From positions 1-21,560 of the forward strand of contig CBDCLE010000021.1 of assembly GCA_965218585.1 (NCBI GenBank): DNA of 21,560 bases. The letters run 5' to 3'. The position numbers were made by a program, and so were the translations under genes. This document shows positions 8,607-17,251 of this stretch, piece by piece. This DNA is from Terriglobia bacterium (GTDB lineage: Bacteria > Acidobacteriota > Terriglobia > 20CM-2-55-15). Numbering within the stretch: position 1 is the stretch's first letter; each line of letters opens with the position of its first letter. The notes below the pieces were generated by a model. It searched no databases. It saw only the letters and a program-made list of their open reading frames with translations, and had not been told where the DNA came from.

Positions 8607-9631
8607 CAGTTCAAAGCAATTTTACGCAGCAGCACGAAATCGCTGAGCATTTTCGAAGTGCCCATGACGACACTGTCGAGGGGGTTCTCGGCTAACGTCA
8701 CCGGCAGGCCCGTTTCCTGTCCGATGCGTTCGTCCAGATTACGGATTAGAGCACCGCCTCCTGCAAGAACGATTCCCCGGTCCGCGATGTCGGAGCTCAA
8801 CTCCGGGGGGGTCCGCTCCAGTACGATGCGTATGGAATTGACGAGGACGTTAATACATTCATCGAGAGCCTCACGAATTTCCTCATCCGAAACCGTAATG
8901 CTCTTAGGGACACCGGCCATCAAGTCGCGGCCCTTTATTTCCAGGTTCCTTTCCTCTTCGAGAGGATACGCAGAACCAATTTCGATCTTGACCCGTTCTG
9001 CGGTGCGTTCACCGATCAAGAGATTGTGCTTCCGCTTGATGTACTGAATGATCGCTTCGTCCATTTCATTGCCGGCGACCTTGTCGGACCGGCTGTGCAC
9101 AAGACCGGAGAGGGATATCACAGCGATTTCAGTCGTGCCTCCACCAATGTCCACCACCATGTTTCCTGAAGGCTCGGTCACTAGCAGACCGGAACCGATA
9201 GCGGCGGCCATGGCCTGTTCGACGAGGTGGACTTCACTGGCCTTCGCCCGGTAGGCAGAATCCTGGACGGCACGCTTTTCGACTTGAGTGATTCCCGCGG
9301 GAACGCTGATCACGATTCTGGGATGCACGAGCACCTTTCTGCCGTGAGCCTTCTGAATAAAGTAGGTGAGCATCTTCTCGGTGACCGTGAAATCAGCGAT
9401 GACGCCATCTTTCATCGGGCGAATAGCAATGATGTTGCCCGGTGTCCGGCCCAGCATGTCCTTGGCTTCCTTCCCAATTGCTTCGACCTGGTTGGTGATC
9501 TTGTTGATCGCTACAATTGAGGGTTCATTGACGACAATGCCACGTCCCTTTGCGAACACGAGTGTGTTGGCAGTTCCCAGGTCGATGGCCAGGTCGCTGG
9601 AGAACAGGCTGAATACAGGGCGAAAATTCAT
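8606..9631 (-). CDS. mreB: Actin-like rod shape-determining protein MreB
   Basis: DLAIDLGTANT, IRPMKDGVIADF, VDIGGGTTEIAV, GIVLAGGGAL. ATG 9631 (MNFRPVFSLFSSD) with an upstream AAGGGA is preferred over TTG 9652. Confidence 0.98.
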   Translation of the reverse strand: MNFRPVFSLFSSDLAIDLGTANTLVFAKGRGIVVNEPSIVAINKITNQVEAIGKEAKDMLGRTPGNIIAIRPMKDGVIADFTVTEKMLTYFIQKAHGRKVLVHPRIVISVPAGITQVEKRAVQDSAYRAKASEVHLVEQAMAAAIGSGLLVTEPSGNMVVDIGGGTTEIAVISLSGLVHSRSDKVAGNEMDEAIIQYIKRKHNLLIGERTAERVKIEIGSAYPLEEERNLEIKGRDLMAGVPKSITVSDEEIREALDECINVLVNSIRIVLERTPPELSSDIADRGIVLAGGGALIRNLDERIGQETGLPVTLAENPLDSVVMGTSKMLSDFVLLRKIALN

Positions 9632-9794
9632 GAATTCCCTTTCGCGCCTCAATCGCGCACTATTTGCGTCCAGAATTCGGAAGCCGACCTATCATACTGA
9701 AAATGAACCGCTAAATGCCAGACTCTTCCTCCACGCGCATCCGAAGAATGGCAGCAAGTGGAGCGTTATCCTTACCTGATCCAATTGTCTAATT

Positions 9795-10086
9795 ACTCTG
9801 ACGCCTCGGCTTCGCCTTCGTTGTCCCCCCGCACGGAGGAACCGTGCGGGGCCTTCTGGGACCATGCCGTAACGTGCCGCTGTGTCCCGAAAGGGCTTGC
9901 GATCAGGATGATGCCGTGGGGGGACCGGACCGGCGTTCGAGTTCCTGAAAAATAGCGAATCGCCAAAACGCCGGAGCGCTCCGCGCGGTTTAGGTTATCG
10001 GGGGACGGTGGGCCCGACGCTAATGACGCCAGCAAGCGTCACCGGTCGTTCGGCCAGGATGGCCGAATGAACGACCGAGCGAAATC
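9795..10086. repeat. Structured non-coding dispersed element, long copy (candidate ncRNA or MITE/REP-like element)
   Basis: Its reverse complement matches 18172-18314 in three collinear blocks. Many hairpins, e.g. CCCCGCACGG-AGGAA-CCGTGCGGGG (9827-9851), CCGGCGTT...AACGCCGG (9930-9974), TTCGGC-CAGGATG-GCCGAA (10049-10067). Confidence 0.8.
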
Positions 10087-10189
10087 CTCATCTAACACAT
10101 TGTCAGATCACTAGACAGAATCGGTGGAAGCCCCCGGGCGTGTTTTGGTAGCATAACTAGTCGTATCTTTATTTGTTTGGAGGAGTCTG

Positions 10190-12115
10190 ATGCTCGCTTT
10201 CTTTCGGCGCCAAAAATGGTTGTGGGTTGTTCTGATCGCTATCTTCAGTTTTGCGCTCGTCATAAGCCTCGTTCCGATGACAGGAACGTTGGACCACGTT
10301 CACTTCACGACGGATGTTGCCAGGGTGGGAACAGAAGCCGTCTCTGCGGTCGAGTTTCAAAACGCCTACTACAACGCTGTGAACCAGCTGGGTGCCGACG
10401 TGACTCCCGAAATTCTGGAGGTGATCGGATTTGAGACCCAGGTCGTCGACCAGCTGATCAACCAGTACGCCATGATTGCGGAGGCCAAGCGACTGGGACT
10501 GGACGTCTCCCCAGCCGAGATCGAGCGATCAATACTCCAGAACCCCTCCTTTCAGGAAAACGGGGCTTTCATCGGCCTGACCCGATATCAGGATCTTCTG
10601 ATCCAGAACGGTTATACGGTTGTCGATTTCGAAGACCTCATACGGAACGAACTTCTGATGGCCAAGCTGTTTAGCTATCTCACAGCCGCAGCCACAGTGT
10701 CGGATGAAGATATCGAAACCGAGTACCGTTATCAGAACGAACGTGTACAGCTCGACTACCTTGTTCTCGACGGTGCTTCGCTCGGGAGTCAGGTGGAACT
10801 GACCGATGACGAACTGGATCAGCACTACCAGACCAACATTGCGCGTTATAGCATGGCCGAAAAGCGACGCGCCCGTTACGTCTATATCGACACCCTCAGG
10901 ATCCAGAACGAACTCGAGCTTCCTGAAGACGAGGTGCTCGAGTACTACGAAGAGCGTCAACAGGAATATTCGATACCACCCAGCGCCAGAGCTCAGCACA
11001 TCCTGTTCCAGACGCTGGACAAGACAGATGAAGAGATCGAGGAAATCCGGAGCCGTGCGTTGGAGGTACTCGACCGTGCACAGGCCGGCGAAGATTTTGG
11101 AGACCTCGCAAGGGAATTTTCCGAAGACCCGTCCGCCGCAGCGGGTGGCGACGTCGGCACGTTTGGTCCAGGACTCATGCCGCCGGAATTCGAGATTGCG
11201 GCTTTCGGCCTCGGGGTAGGCGGAACCAGCGACCTTGTCGAAACCGAATTCGGAATGCACATCATCCGCGTCAATGAAAAGGAAGAAGAGCGGACGCAGC
11301 CCCTGGAAGAAGTGCGTGCCTCGATCGAATCAATTCTCAAGTCACAGGAAGCAGCTATCCAGGCAGCGGCCGTGAGCCAACGGGTTGCGGTTGCCCTGGT
11401 GGGCGACAACGACCTGGAGACCGTAGCCGAAGCTCATGGAGCAGAGGTTCGCGAAACGGGACTGATGACACAGGGAGAACCTTTTGCCGGTCTGCTCGAG
11501 ACCGCGGAGTTGGGACTTCGACTCTTTTCAATGTCGCTCAATGAGATTGGAACGGCCGTATCGGTGGGAAACGGGTATGTCGTGCCCACCCTCGTCGAGA
11601 TCGAACCCTCACGGACGGCGACCTTCGAAGAGGCCGCTGACCAGGTCCGCGCCGAGTTGACTGCAGAAAGGGCTGGCGAACTGGCGACAGAAAGAACAGT
11701 CGAACTCCGGGAAATGGTAGATGAAGGCGAGTCGCTGGAAACAATCGCCTCGGCGATCGGGCTGGAAATCGAAACCAGCGAAATGATCACCCGGGACGGT
11801 TCCATTGATGCCTTCGGTGCGACGTCAGAACTGGACCCCCAGATTTTCAGCCTGGATCCGGGCGTAATGGGAACACCGGTCACCATCGGCGGGACGACTA
11901 TCGCTTTCCTGGTAAGGGACCGGGAAGAGGTCGATCCCGAAGCGCTCGAGGCCGTCTCCGAAGACCTCAGAGAAGAGCTTCTTGCGCTGAAGCGGAGCCA
12001 ACTGTTCGACTCCTACGGACAGGAGGTCCGGACCCGCATGGAACAGGACGGAGAGATCGAGGTCGACGACGCGCTCGTGGAAGAAATCCTGAGCGGGACG
12101 GGACACTTCATATAA
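10190..12115 (+). CDS. ppiD: Membrane-anchored periplasmic chaperone / parvulin-type PPIase (PpiD, SurA-like N-domain)
   Basis: N-terminal anchor, SurA-N region ([24 protein letters not shown]), rotamase motif AQHILF...[15 protein letters not shown]...GGDVG...FE.AAF...[23 protein letters not shown]; 641 aa. Confidence 0.9.
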   Translation: MLAFFRRQKWLWVVLIAIFSFALVISLVPMTGTLDHVHFTTDVARVGTEAVSAVEFQNAYYNAVNQLGADVTPEILEVIGFETQVVDQLINQYAMIAEAKRLGLDVSPAEIERSILQNPSFQENGAFIGLTRYQDLLIQNGYTVVDFEDLIRNELLMAKLFSYLTAAATVSDEDIETEYRYQNERVQLDYLVLDGASLGSQVELTDDELDQHYQTNIARYSMAEKRRARYVYIDTLRIQNELELPEDEVLEYYEERQQEYSIPPSARAQHILFQTLDKTDEEIEEIRSRALEVLDRAQAGEDFGDLAREFSEDPSAAAGGDVGTFGPGLMPPEFEIAAFGLGVGGTSDLVETEFGMHIIRVNEKEEERTQPLEEVRASIESILKSQEAAIQAAAVSQRVAVALVGDNDLETVAEAHGAEVRETGLMTQGEPFAGLLETAELGLRLFSMSLNEIGTAVSVGNGYVVPTLVEIEPSRTATFEEAADQVRAELTAERAGELATERTVELREMVDEGESLETIASAIGLEIETSEMITRDGSIDAFGATSELDPQIFSLDPGVMGTPVTIGGTTIAFLVRDREEVDPEALEAVSEDLREELLALKRSQLFDSYGQEVRTRMEQDGEIEVDDALVEEILSGTGHFI

Positions 12116-12130
12116 GTAGCGTCCGATTAA

Positions 12131-12203
12131 CTGTAGGTGCGGTCTATGACCGCACGCTCTATTTCGTTCAAAGAGTTTGTGCGCTCATAGAGCTCCCCTA
12201 CAG
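12131..12203. repeat. GTAG-type REP doublet (REPIN/BIME-like) between convergent genes
   Basis: CTGTAG-GTGCGGTC-TAT-GACCGCAC (12131-12155) and an inverted copy reading CTGTAG-GGGAGCTC-TAT-GAGCGCAC on the minus strand (12203-12179). Confidence 0.85.
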
Positions 12204-12206
12204 GGG

Positions 12207-13349
12207 TCAATCCATTTTCCAGAACGCCACTCCCGAAGCCTGACGGCCCACATCGGCAGTCGCCACCAGTTCGAGCGTGTTCAGGTCGATAACATCCAAC
12301 GCGCCCGGCTGGCCGCCCACACCCTCAACTGTTACGAAGGCAAATTTGGAATCCGGGCTCACAACGACTCCGTGCGTCACGCCCCTGGAATTATCGAGGC
12401 GGGCCAGCTCCCTTCCCTCTTCGAGATCCCAGATCCCGGTGGAACCAGCGGTCTTGTAAGTCACCACCAGTAGCCTCCCGTCCGCAGTCACGTCGATGTT
12501 GTAGGGGCCTGGAGCCGTATCGAAAGTTTCGACGACCTCCCAACTCTCCAGATCCACCACCTTGATCTCGTCACTGCCGTTGCAGGCAACGTAAACAAAC
12601 TGTCCCTGGGGCCCTGGATGCACCCATGTCGGCCGCGCCACAGCCCTCATCGACATGCCTGGGGGCATTTCAGTCTCGGGCATGGGCATAGGAGTGGTCG
12701 GGGCAGCGGACAGCATGGATTCCGGGGAAAGCGAAAGACGCCGCAGCACCTCGAACCGAAACGCATCGGTCTCGACAAGTTCATCGGTCATCATCATGAC
12801 TGAGTACTGACGGTTCCCACCCCGACTCAGTCGTGAACTGTGGGGCATGATTCCGACCTCAACGTCGGCCACTTCGGTCATGGTGTCGGTCTCGACGACT
12901 GATATCGTGCTGGGAACCATGTCTCCGTGCAGGTCGAAATTGACGACATAGAGGAGCCCCGTACTTGCCGCGATGTCGAGCGTCGCCGGAAACATGCCCA
13001 CTTCAACTGAACCGACAAGTTCATCGCTTCCTGTGGTGTATTTGTATACGGAACCGTAGGGGTTGCCGTGGGCCAGGGAAAGATACCAATGGTCACCGTC
13101 TGGCGAGACGCGCAAACCGTGGGGTCCTTCGATTTCTGTGGGCCAGATGCCTACGGGAATTGTCTTCTCTACCGTTGCACCCGAGGCATCAAAACGAACC
13201 AGAGACACCTCATCGTCAGACTCGGCAGCCACATAGATCCAGTAACTGGCAGCGGGCGGTTCCTGCGCGAGGAGAGCCGGCCCCATCGAGAGCAGCAACG
13301 ACAGAACACCACCCCCGCACATCCGGCCTGCACCGGCCAGCTTAATCAT
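12207..13349 (-). CDS. Secreted YncE/YVTN-like 7-bladed beta-propeller protein with a Met-rich loop
   Basis: Signal peptide (..LLLSMGPALLA-QE). Blade repeats VG..P / GPHGLRVSPDG / GPYNIDVTADG / VTHGVVVSPDSKFAFVT. ATG 13349 overlaps the upstream stop (ATGATTAA) and has a GAGG RBS. Confidence 0.82.
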   Translation of the reverse strand: MIKLAGAGRMCGGGVLSLLLSMGPALLAQEPPAASYWIYVAAESDDEVSLVRFDASGATVEKTIPVGIWPTEIEGPHGLRVSPDGDHWYLSLAHGNPYGSVYKYTTGSDELVGSVEVGMFPATLDIAASTGLLYVVNFDLHGDMVPSTISVVETDTMTEVADVEVGIMPHSSRLSRGGNRQYSVMMMTDELVETDAFRFEVLRRLSLSPESMLSAAPTTPMPMPETEMPPGMSMRAVARPTWVHPGPQGQFVYVACNGSDEIKVVDLESWEVVETFDTAPGPYNIDVTADGRLLVVTYKTAGSTGIWDLEEGRELARLDNSRGVTHGVVVSPDSKFAFVTVEGVGGQPGALDVIDLNTLELVATADVGRQASGVAFWKMD

Positions 13350-15372
13350 CGTCCTCATCTTCATCGACAAGTTCCACGGCCCAGAGGCCGCTGTTGAAAT
13401 CCGAGAAATAGATCAGCCCTTTGTAGGGCTGAGCCCCCCAAACCATCGTCTCGTTACTGACAAAACTTTCCGCGTCGTTCGCCTCGAAAGAAGCAATTTC
13501 ACGTCCCTGCTTGTAGAGATCCCCCATCAATTCGCCGGAAAGATCTACGACCCGCAACCCCCCGTTGTAAAAGGCTGCATAAAGAATGTCGTCTTCAACC
13601 CACAAGTTGTGCGATCCCGCCTCCGGAACTTCGAACCGCGCGACTTCAACCGGGCTTTCCAGATCCGTGAAATCCACGATGTGCATGTAGCCGGCAGCGC
13701 GCGATGGTCCGTCGGGATTCATGCCGGATGGAAAGACTTCGTCCCCCATGATGACGTAGAACTTGCCGGTCGACTCACTTCGGAAAGGAAACGCGGCGTG
13801 TGTTGCGCCTCCAGGGTCCGCATAGGAAGCGAACTGGACGGGCCGGTCTGCTCGCCCACCGGCGATTCCGTTCCCCACGTCGACCAGAACAACTCCATCC
13901 CGCCAATTCGACGAATAAGCGATGCCGTCCTCGACCCACACGTCGTGAATCGAATGGCCGCCTGTATCCAGTTCGAACCGTGCCTCGCGAAAAGGTGATT
14001 TGGGTTCGGCAACGTTAATGACGTCGTAACGACGTCCGTTGTTGACCGCATAAACATGGTTCTCGTAGATGAACGTGTTGTGGACTCCGCCCGTTAGCTC
14101 TTCGTCGAACTCAGACAGTCGGACGACTTCATTCGGGTTGGAAACATCCAGCAGGACGATTCCGTTTCTCCTGTTCGACGCCCCCTCGCGGCTGATTACC
14201 GCAAGTGTGCCGTCCTCGGATACTTTGACGTCATTCACCGTTCGGGCATCGACCTGAACCAGATCAATCATTCTCATGTTCGCCGGATCGGTGACGTCCC
14301 ACACATAGGCATGGCCTTCAGCGCGCCAGGTTCCCGTTATCGCGTAGTCACGGCCATCGCTTCCTTCCCATATCCACAGGTCACTGGTGTGACGATCACG
14401 AACAGGCGCACGCCCGACAACATTGACGTTCTTCTGAACCTCTCGGCGTTCGATCTCGATCGTGGCAGCTGCGAATAACCCTCCGGCGTTCGCAACAACG
14501 GTGTACCGCCCAGGGAGTTCTGCGACAAAACGTCCGTCGGCGGCTACTTGTCCCGAGGCCGATGCCGCCGGATTCTCGAATTCCGGATGCGCCTGAATTG
14601 AATAAAAGGTAGGCAAGTCGTCAACGATCCGGCCCTGGGCGTCGGTGGCCCTTGCTTCGAACCGAATAACGTCTCCAGTACGCGCGGACTCCTGGTCAGG
14701 AACCAACTCCATCGAAACGGCCGGGTTTGGAACGACGCTGAAGGACAGTTCCGCTTCTACCCCTTCCGACCGAACGTTCAGAGTTGCTTGTCCCGGAGCA
14801 ATAGGCGTCACGTTTCCGAACCGGTCAACGCTCGCCACGTTGGAATCGCTGGTCGAAAACGTTAATTGCGCGTCAGGGCGGATCGTGTCGGTTATGTCAT
14901 AAACTTCGATCCGAGTGCGGACCAGGCTGCGTGTGTATAACGTTTCCCGAATACCGCTGACCTCGATGCGATCCAGGGGTGGCAAAGGAACAGTCACCTC
15001 GATCTCAACCCTCATGGATTGGTTATCGTCATCCCGATCGTCCGGGTCACCGTTTCGGGGCACCATGGCTACGATGGTGTATTCCCCGGGGCGAAACGCT
15101 TCGACTTCACCCTGGTTCGTTACGCCTACGTTCCTGCGTGACCGGCTGATGAAAACGATCGGCGCTTCGACCGAATTGCCTTCAGCGTCGAGCGCGGTTG
15201 CCGTCAGCGTAGCTGTCTCGCCGACCTCGAGCGTGAGCGATGCCGGCGTCACTTCGACCGACGTGATGCTATCGAGCGCCGGCTCTTGCGCTGCTCTGAG
15301 GGGAACCGTACCGATTCCAATCAGAATCGCACTGAAAAGAAACACCTCTGCCCCAAGCCTGATTCGTTTCAT
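13342..15372 (-). CDS. Secreted protein with tandem Ig-like (Big_2-type) domains and a C-terminal LVIVD-repeat beta-propeller
   Basis: ATG 15372 with GGGAG RBS and signal peptide MKRIRLGAEVFLFSAILIGIGTVPLRA. Ig motifs SVEVTPASLTLEVGETATLTATA and FSTSDSNVASVDRFGNVTP..PGQATL. Repeats GIVLLDVSNP, GVVLVDVG, GLRVVDLS, SDFNSGLWAV. Confidence 0.85.
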   Translation of the reverse strand: MKRIRLGAEVFLFSAILIGIGTVPLRAAQEPALDSITSVEVTPASLTLEVGETATLTATALDAEGNSVEAPIVFISRSRRNVGVTNQGEVEAFRPGEYTIVAMVPRNGDPDDRDDDNQSMRVEIEVTVPLPPLDRIEVSGIRETLYTRSLVRTRIEVYDITDTIRPDAQLTFSTSDSNVASVDRFGNVTPIAPGQATLNVRSEGVEAELSFSVVPNPAVSMELVPDQESARTGDVIRFEARATDAQGRIVDDLPTFYSIQAHPEFENPAASASGQVAADGRFVAELPGRYTVVANAGGLFAAATIEIERREVQKNVNVVGRAPVRDRHTSDLWIWEGSDGRDYAITGTWRAEGHAYVWDVTDPANMRMIDLVQVDARTVNDVKVSEDGTLAVISREGASNRRNGIVLLDVSNPNEVVRLSEFDEELTGGVHNTFIYENHVYAVNNGRRYDVINVAEPKSPFREARFELDTGGHSIHDVWVEDGIAYSSNWRDGVVLVDVGNGIAGGRADRPVQFASYADPGGATHAAFPFRSESTGKFYVIMGDEVFPSGMNPDGPSRAAGYMHIVDFTDLESPVEVARFEVPEAGSHNLWVEDDILYAAFYNGGLRVVDLSGELMGDLYKQGREIASFEANDAESFVSNETMVWGAQPYKGLIYFSDFNSGLWAVELVDEDEDDD

Positions 15373-15434
15373 CGTTGTTCTCCCGACAGTCTCTCGACAA
15401 CTGTCATGAAAGCTTTGGAACTTCCGCAAATTCC

Positions 15435-16361
15435 CTAGACGCCTATGATTTCCACCAGTTCTTTCACCGCCGCAGCGGATTTCTGCAACTCGGATCTCTC
15501 CTCCAACGTGAGCTCGATCTGGATGACCTCCTCCGCCCCGCCTTCTCCAAGTTTGACTGGGACACCGACATACAGGTCGTTGATTCCATATTCTCCTTCC
15601 AGATACGCCGCACACGGAAGTATTTTCTTTTTGTCGTGCAGGATCGCCTCAACCATGTCGACGATGGCAGCCCCCGGCGCATACCACGCACTCGTCTTCA
15701 GGAGCCCGACGATCTCAGCGCCTCCCTTGCGTGTCCGGTCTACCAGACGTTCGACGACATCGGCAGCAAGCAATTCGGTGATCGGAACTCCGGCAACCGT
15801 GGAATAGCGCGGCAGAGGAACCATGGTGTCACCGTGACCGCCCAGAACAAAGGCGTGGACGTTATCGACAGATACGTTGAGTTCCATGCAAATGAATGCG
15901 CGGAAGCGAGCTGAATCGAGCGCGCCTGCCATCCCCAAGACCCGATTCTTCGGAAACCCGCTCACCCGGAACGCGGTCTGCACCATGGCATCGAGCGGAT
16001 TGCTGACAACGATAAGAATGCTGTTGGGCGACCGCTGAGCAACCTGTTCGGTAACACTCTTGACGATGTTGTAGTTTGTCTTGAGCAGGTCGTCCCGGCT
16101 CATTCCGGGTTTGCGTGGAACGCCGGCCGTAATGACCACGACATCGGAGTCGGCGGTTTCGTCATAAGCGTTCGTTCCCGTTATACGCGAGTCATACCCT
16201 TGTACAGGACCCGTCTCGGTCAGGTCGAGTGCCTTGCCCTGCGGCACACCCTCAACGATATCTACGAGAACAACGTCCCCGAGATGCTTTTCCACGGCCA
16301 GTTGTGCGGCGGTAGCCCCAACGTTGCCAGCCCCGACTACTGTAATCTTGTTTCTTGCCAT
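15435..16361 (-). CDS. mdh: Malate dehydrogenase (LDH-like type)
   Basis: [24 protein letters not shown] (MDH-type specificity loop), [22 protein letters not shown]. Confidence 0.97.
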   Translation of the reverse strand: MARNKITVVGAGNVGATAAQLAVEKHLGDVVLVDIVEGVPQGKALDLTETGPVQGYDSRITGTNAYDETADSDVVVITAGVPRKPGMSRDDLLKTNYNIVKSVTEQVAQRSPNSILIVVSNPLDAMVQTAFRVSGFPKNRVLGMAGALDSARFRAFICMELNVSVDNVHAFVLGGHGDTMVPLPRYSTVAGVPITELLAADVVERLVDRTRKGGAEIVGLLKTSAWYAPGAAIVDMVEAILHDKKKILPCAAYLEGEYGINDLYVGVPVKLGEGGAEEVIQIELTLEERSELQKSAAAVKELVEIIGV

Positions 16362-16536
16362 TGCATGATCTCCACTAGCGTGTCTTGAATGTTGTTACTA
16401 AAGCCTGCAACTCAGAGGGTTTTCCACTGGGTCGAACCTCAACCTTGCCAGCCCCCGGTTTAAGAAAAATGTGATGATGACGCTGCCAAAAAAACGGCAC
16501 GCATGAGGTGTAGAACGGTGGCGGCACGGAGAGGCG

Positions 16537-16596
16537 AAGCTAACATGTGCCAGAACAGAATGTCAATTGACACGCTTCTCGCATTTCTGCTAGCGT
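16537..16596. promoter_or_regulatory. Back-to-back sigma70-type promoters for mdh (-) and pdaD-speB (+)
   Basis: Palindrome TGTCAATTGACA at 16561-16572. Plus strand: TTGACA-N15-TG-C-TAGCGT. Minus strand: TTGACA-N15-TG-T-TAGCTT. Confidence 0.7.
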
Positions 16597-16681
16597 CCGG
16601 GGGTTGTTTTCTGGGGTCGAACTACGACGGTACCAATCGTATATTCAACTCCTTAGGCAGGTTTCACCCAAGGTAGTCAAG

Positions 16682-17245
16682 TTGTTTGTAGCCAAGAAAA
16701 TCTTCCTCACCAAAGGTGTCGGTCGACATCGTGAAAAACTGCCGAGTTTTGAGATGGCACTCCGGGACGCCGGCCTTGCGCCGTTCAATCTCGTATCCGT
16801 CTCCAGCATCTTCCCTCCCAGTTGCAAACTGATCTCCAGAACTCAGGGACTGAAACAGCTTTATCCGGGACAGATTGTATTTTCGGTGGTCAGTTCGAAC
16901 GCGACACGGGAACCCCATCGTCTGATTGCAGCCTCAATCGGAGTCGCCATTCCCGCCGACACCAATGCATACGGCTATCTTTCCGAACATCATTCGTTCG
17001 GAGAAAAAGAGAATGTAGCTGGTGACTACGCCGAAGACCTTGCAGCGGAGATGCTGGCAACAACACAGGGTGTCGAATTCGACCCTGACCGGAGTTGGGA
17101 CGAGAAGAGAGAAATCTGGCGCATTTCAAACAAGATCGTCAAAAGCACAAACATCACCAAGACAGCCGTCGGCCACAAAAACGGTCTCTGGACAACCGTC
17201 GTTGCCGGTGCCATCTTCATCCCGGATCCTCCTTATCGACCCTAA
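16682..17245 (+). CDS. pdaD: Pyruvoyl-dependent arginine decarboxylase
   Basis: MFVAKKIFLTKGVG.H..KL.SFEMALRDAG...NLVSVSSIFPP (Ser-Ser autocleavage site), YGYLSEHH, WTTVVA. Likely TTG start at 16682 with AAGGT RBS; the ORF track starts at 16604. Confidence 0.93.
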   Translation: MFVAKKIFLTKGVGRHREKLPSFEMALRDAGLAPFNLVSVSSIFPPSCKLISRTQGLKQLYPGQIVFSVVSSNATREPHRLIAASIGVAIPADTNAYGYLSEHHSFGEKENVAGDYAEDLAAEMLATTQGVEFDPDRSWDEKREIWRISNKIVKSTNITKTAVGHKNGLWTTVVAGAIFIPDPPYRP

Positions 17246-17251
17246 CCAAAC

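Noticed and set aside
7980-9047. 355-aa + strand ORF and other long antisense ORFs across the window
   Set aside because: They are shadows of well-supported genes, as expected from GC-rich codon usage.
9758-10035. Small ORFs 9793..10035 and 9758..9955, and 18142..18333 in the second copy
   Set aside because: The reading frame is not conserved between the two copies (frame-breaking indels), while nucleotide motifs and stems are.
9795-10086. Identification as tRNA, tmRNA, RNase P, SRP, 6S RNA or group II intron end
   Set aside because: I could not find a cloverleaf, tmRNA termini, RNase P P4 motifs or a domain V helix. A second diverged copy nearby is also atypical of these single-copy RNAs. 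An Rfam scan is still needed.
15373-15615. N-terminal extension of the 757-aa ORF
   Set aside because: It overlaps mdh. The signal peptide and RBS point to ATG 15372.
16469-16484. CRP-like TGTGA half-site upstream of mdh
   Set aside because: No matching TCACA half-site at the required spacing.
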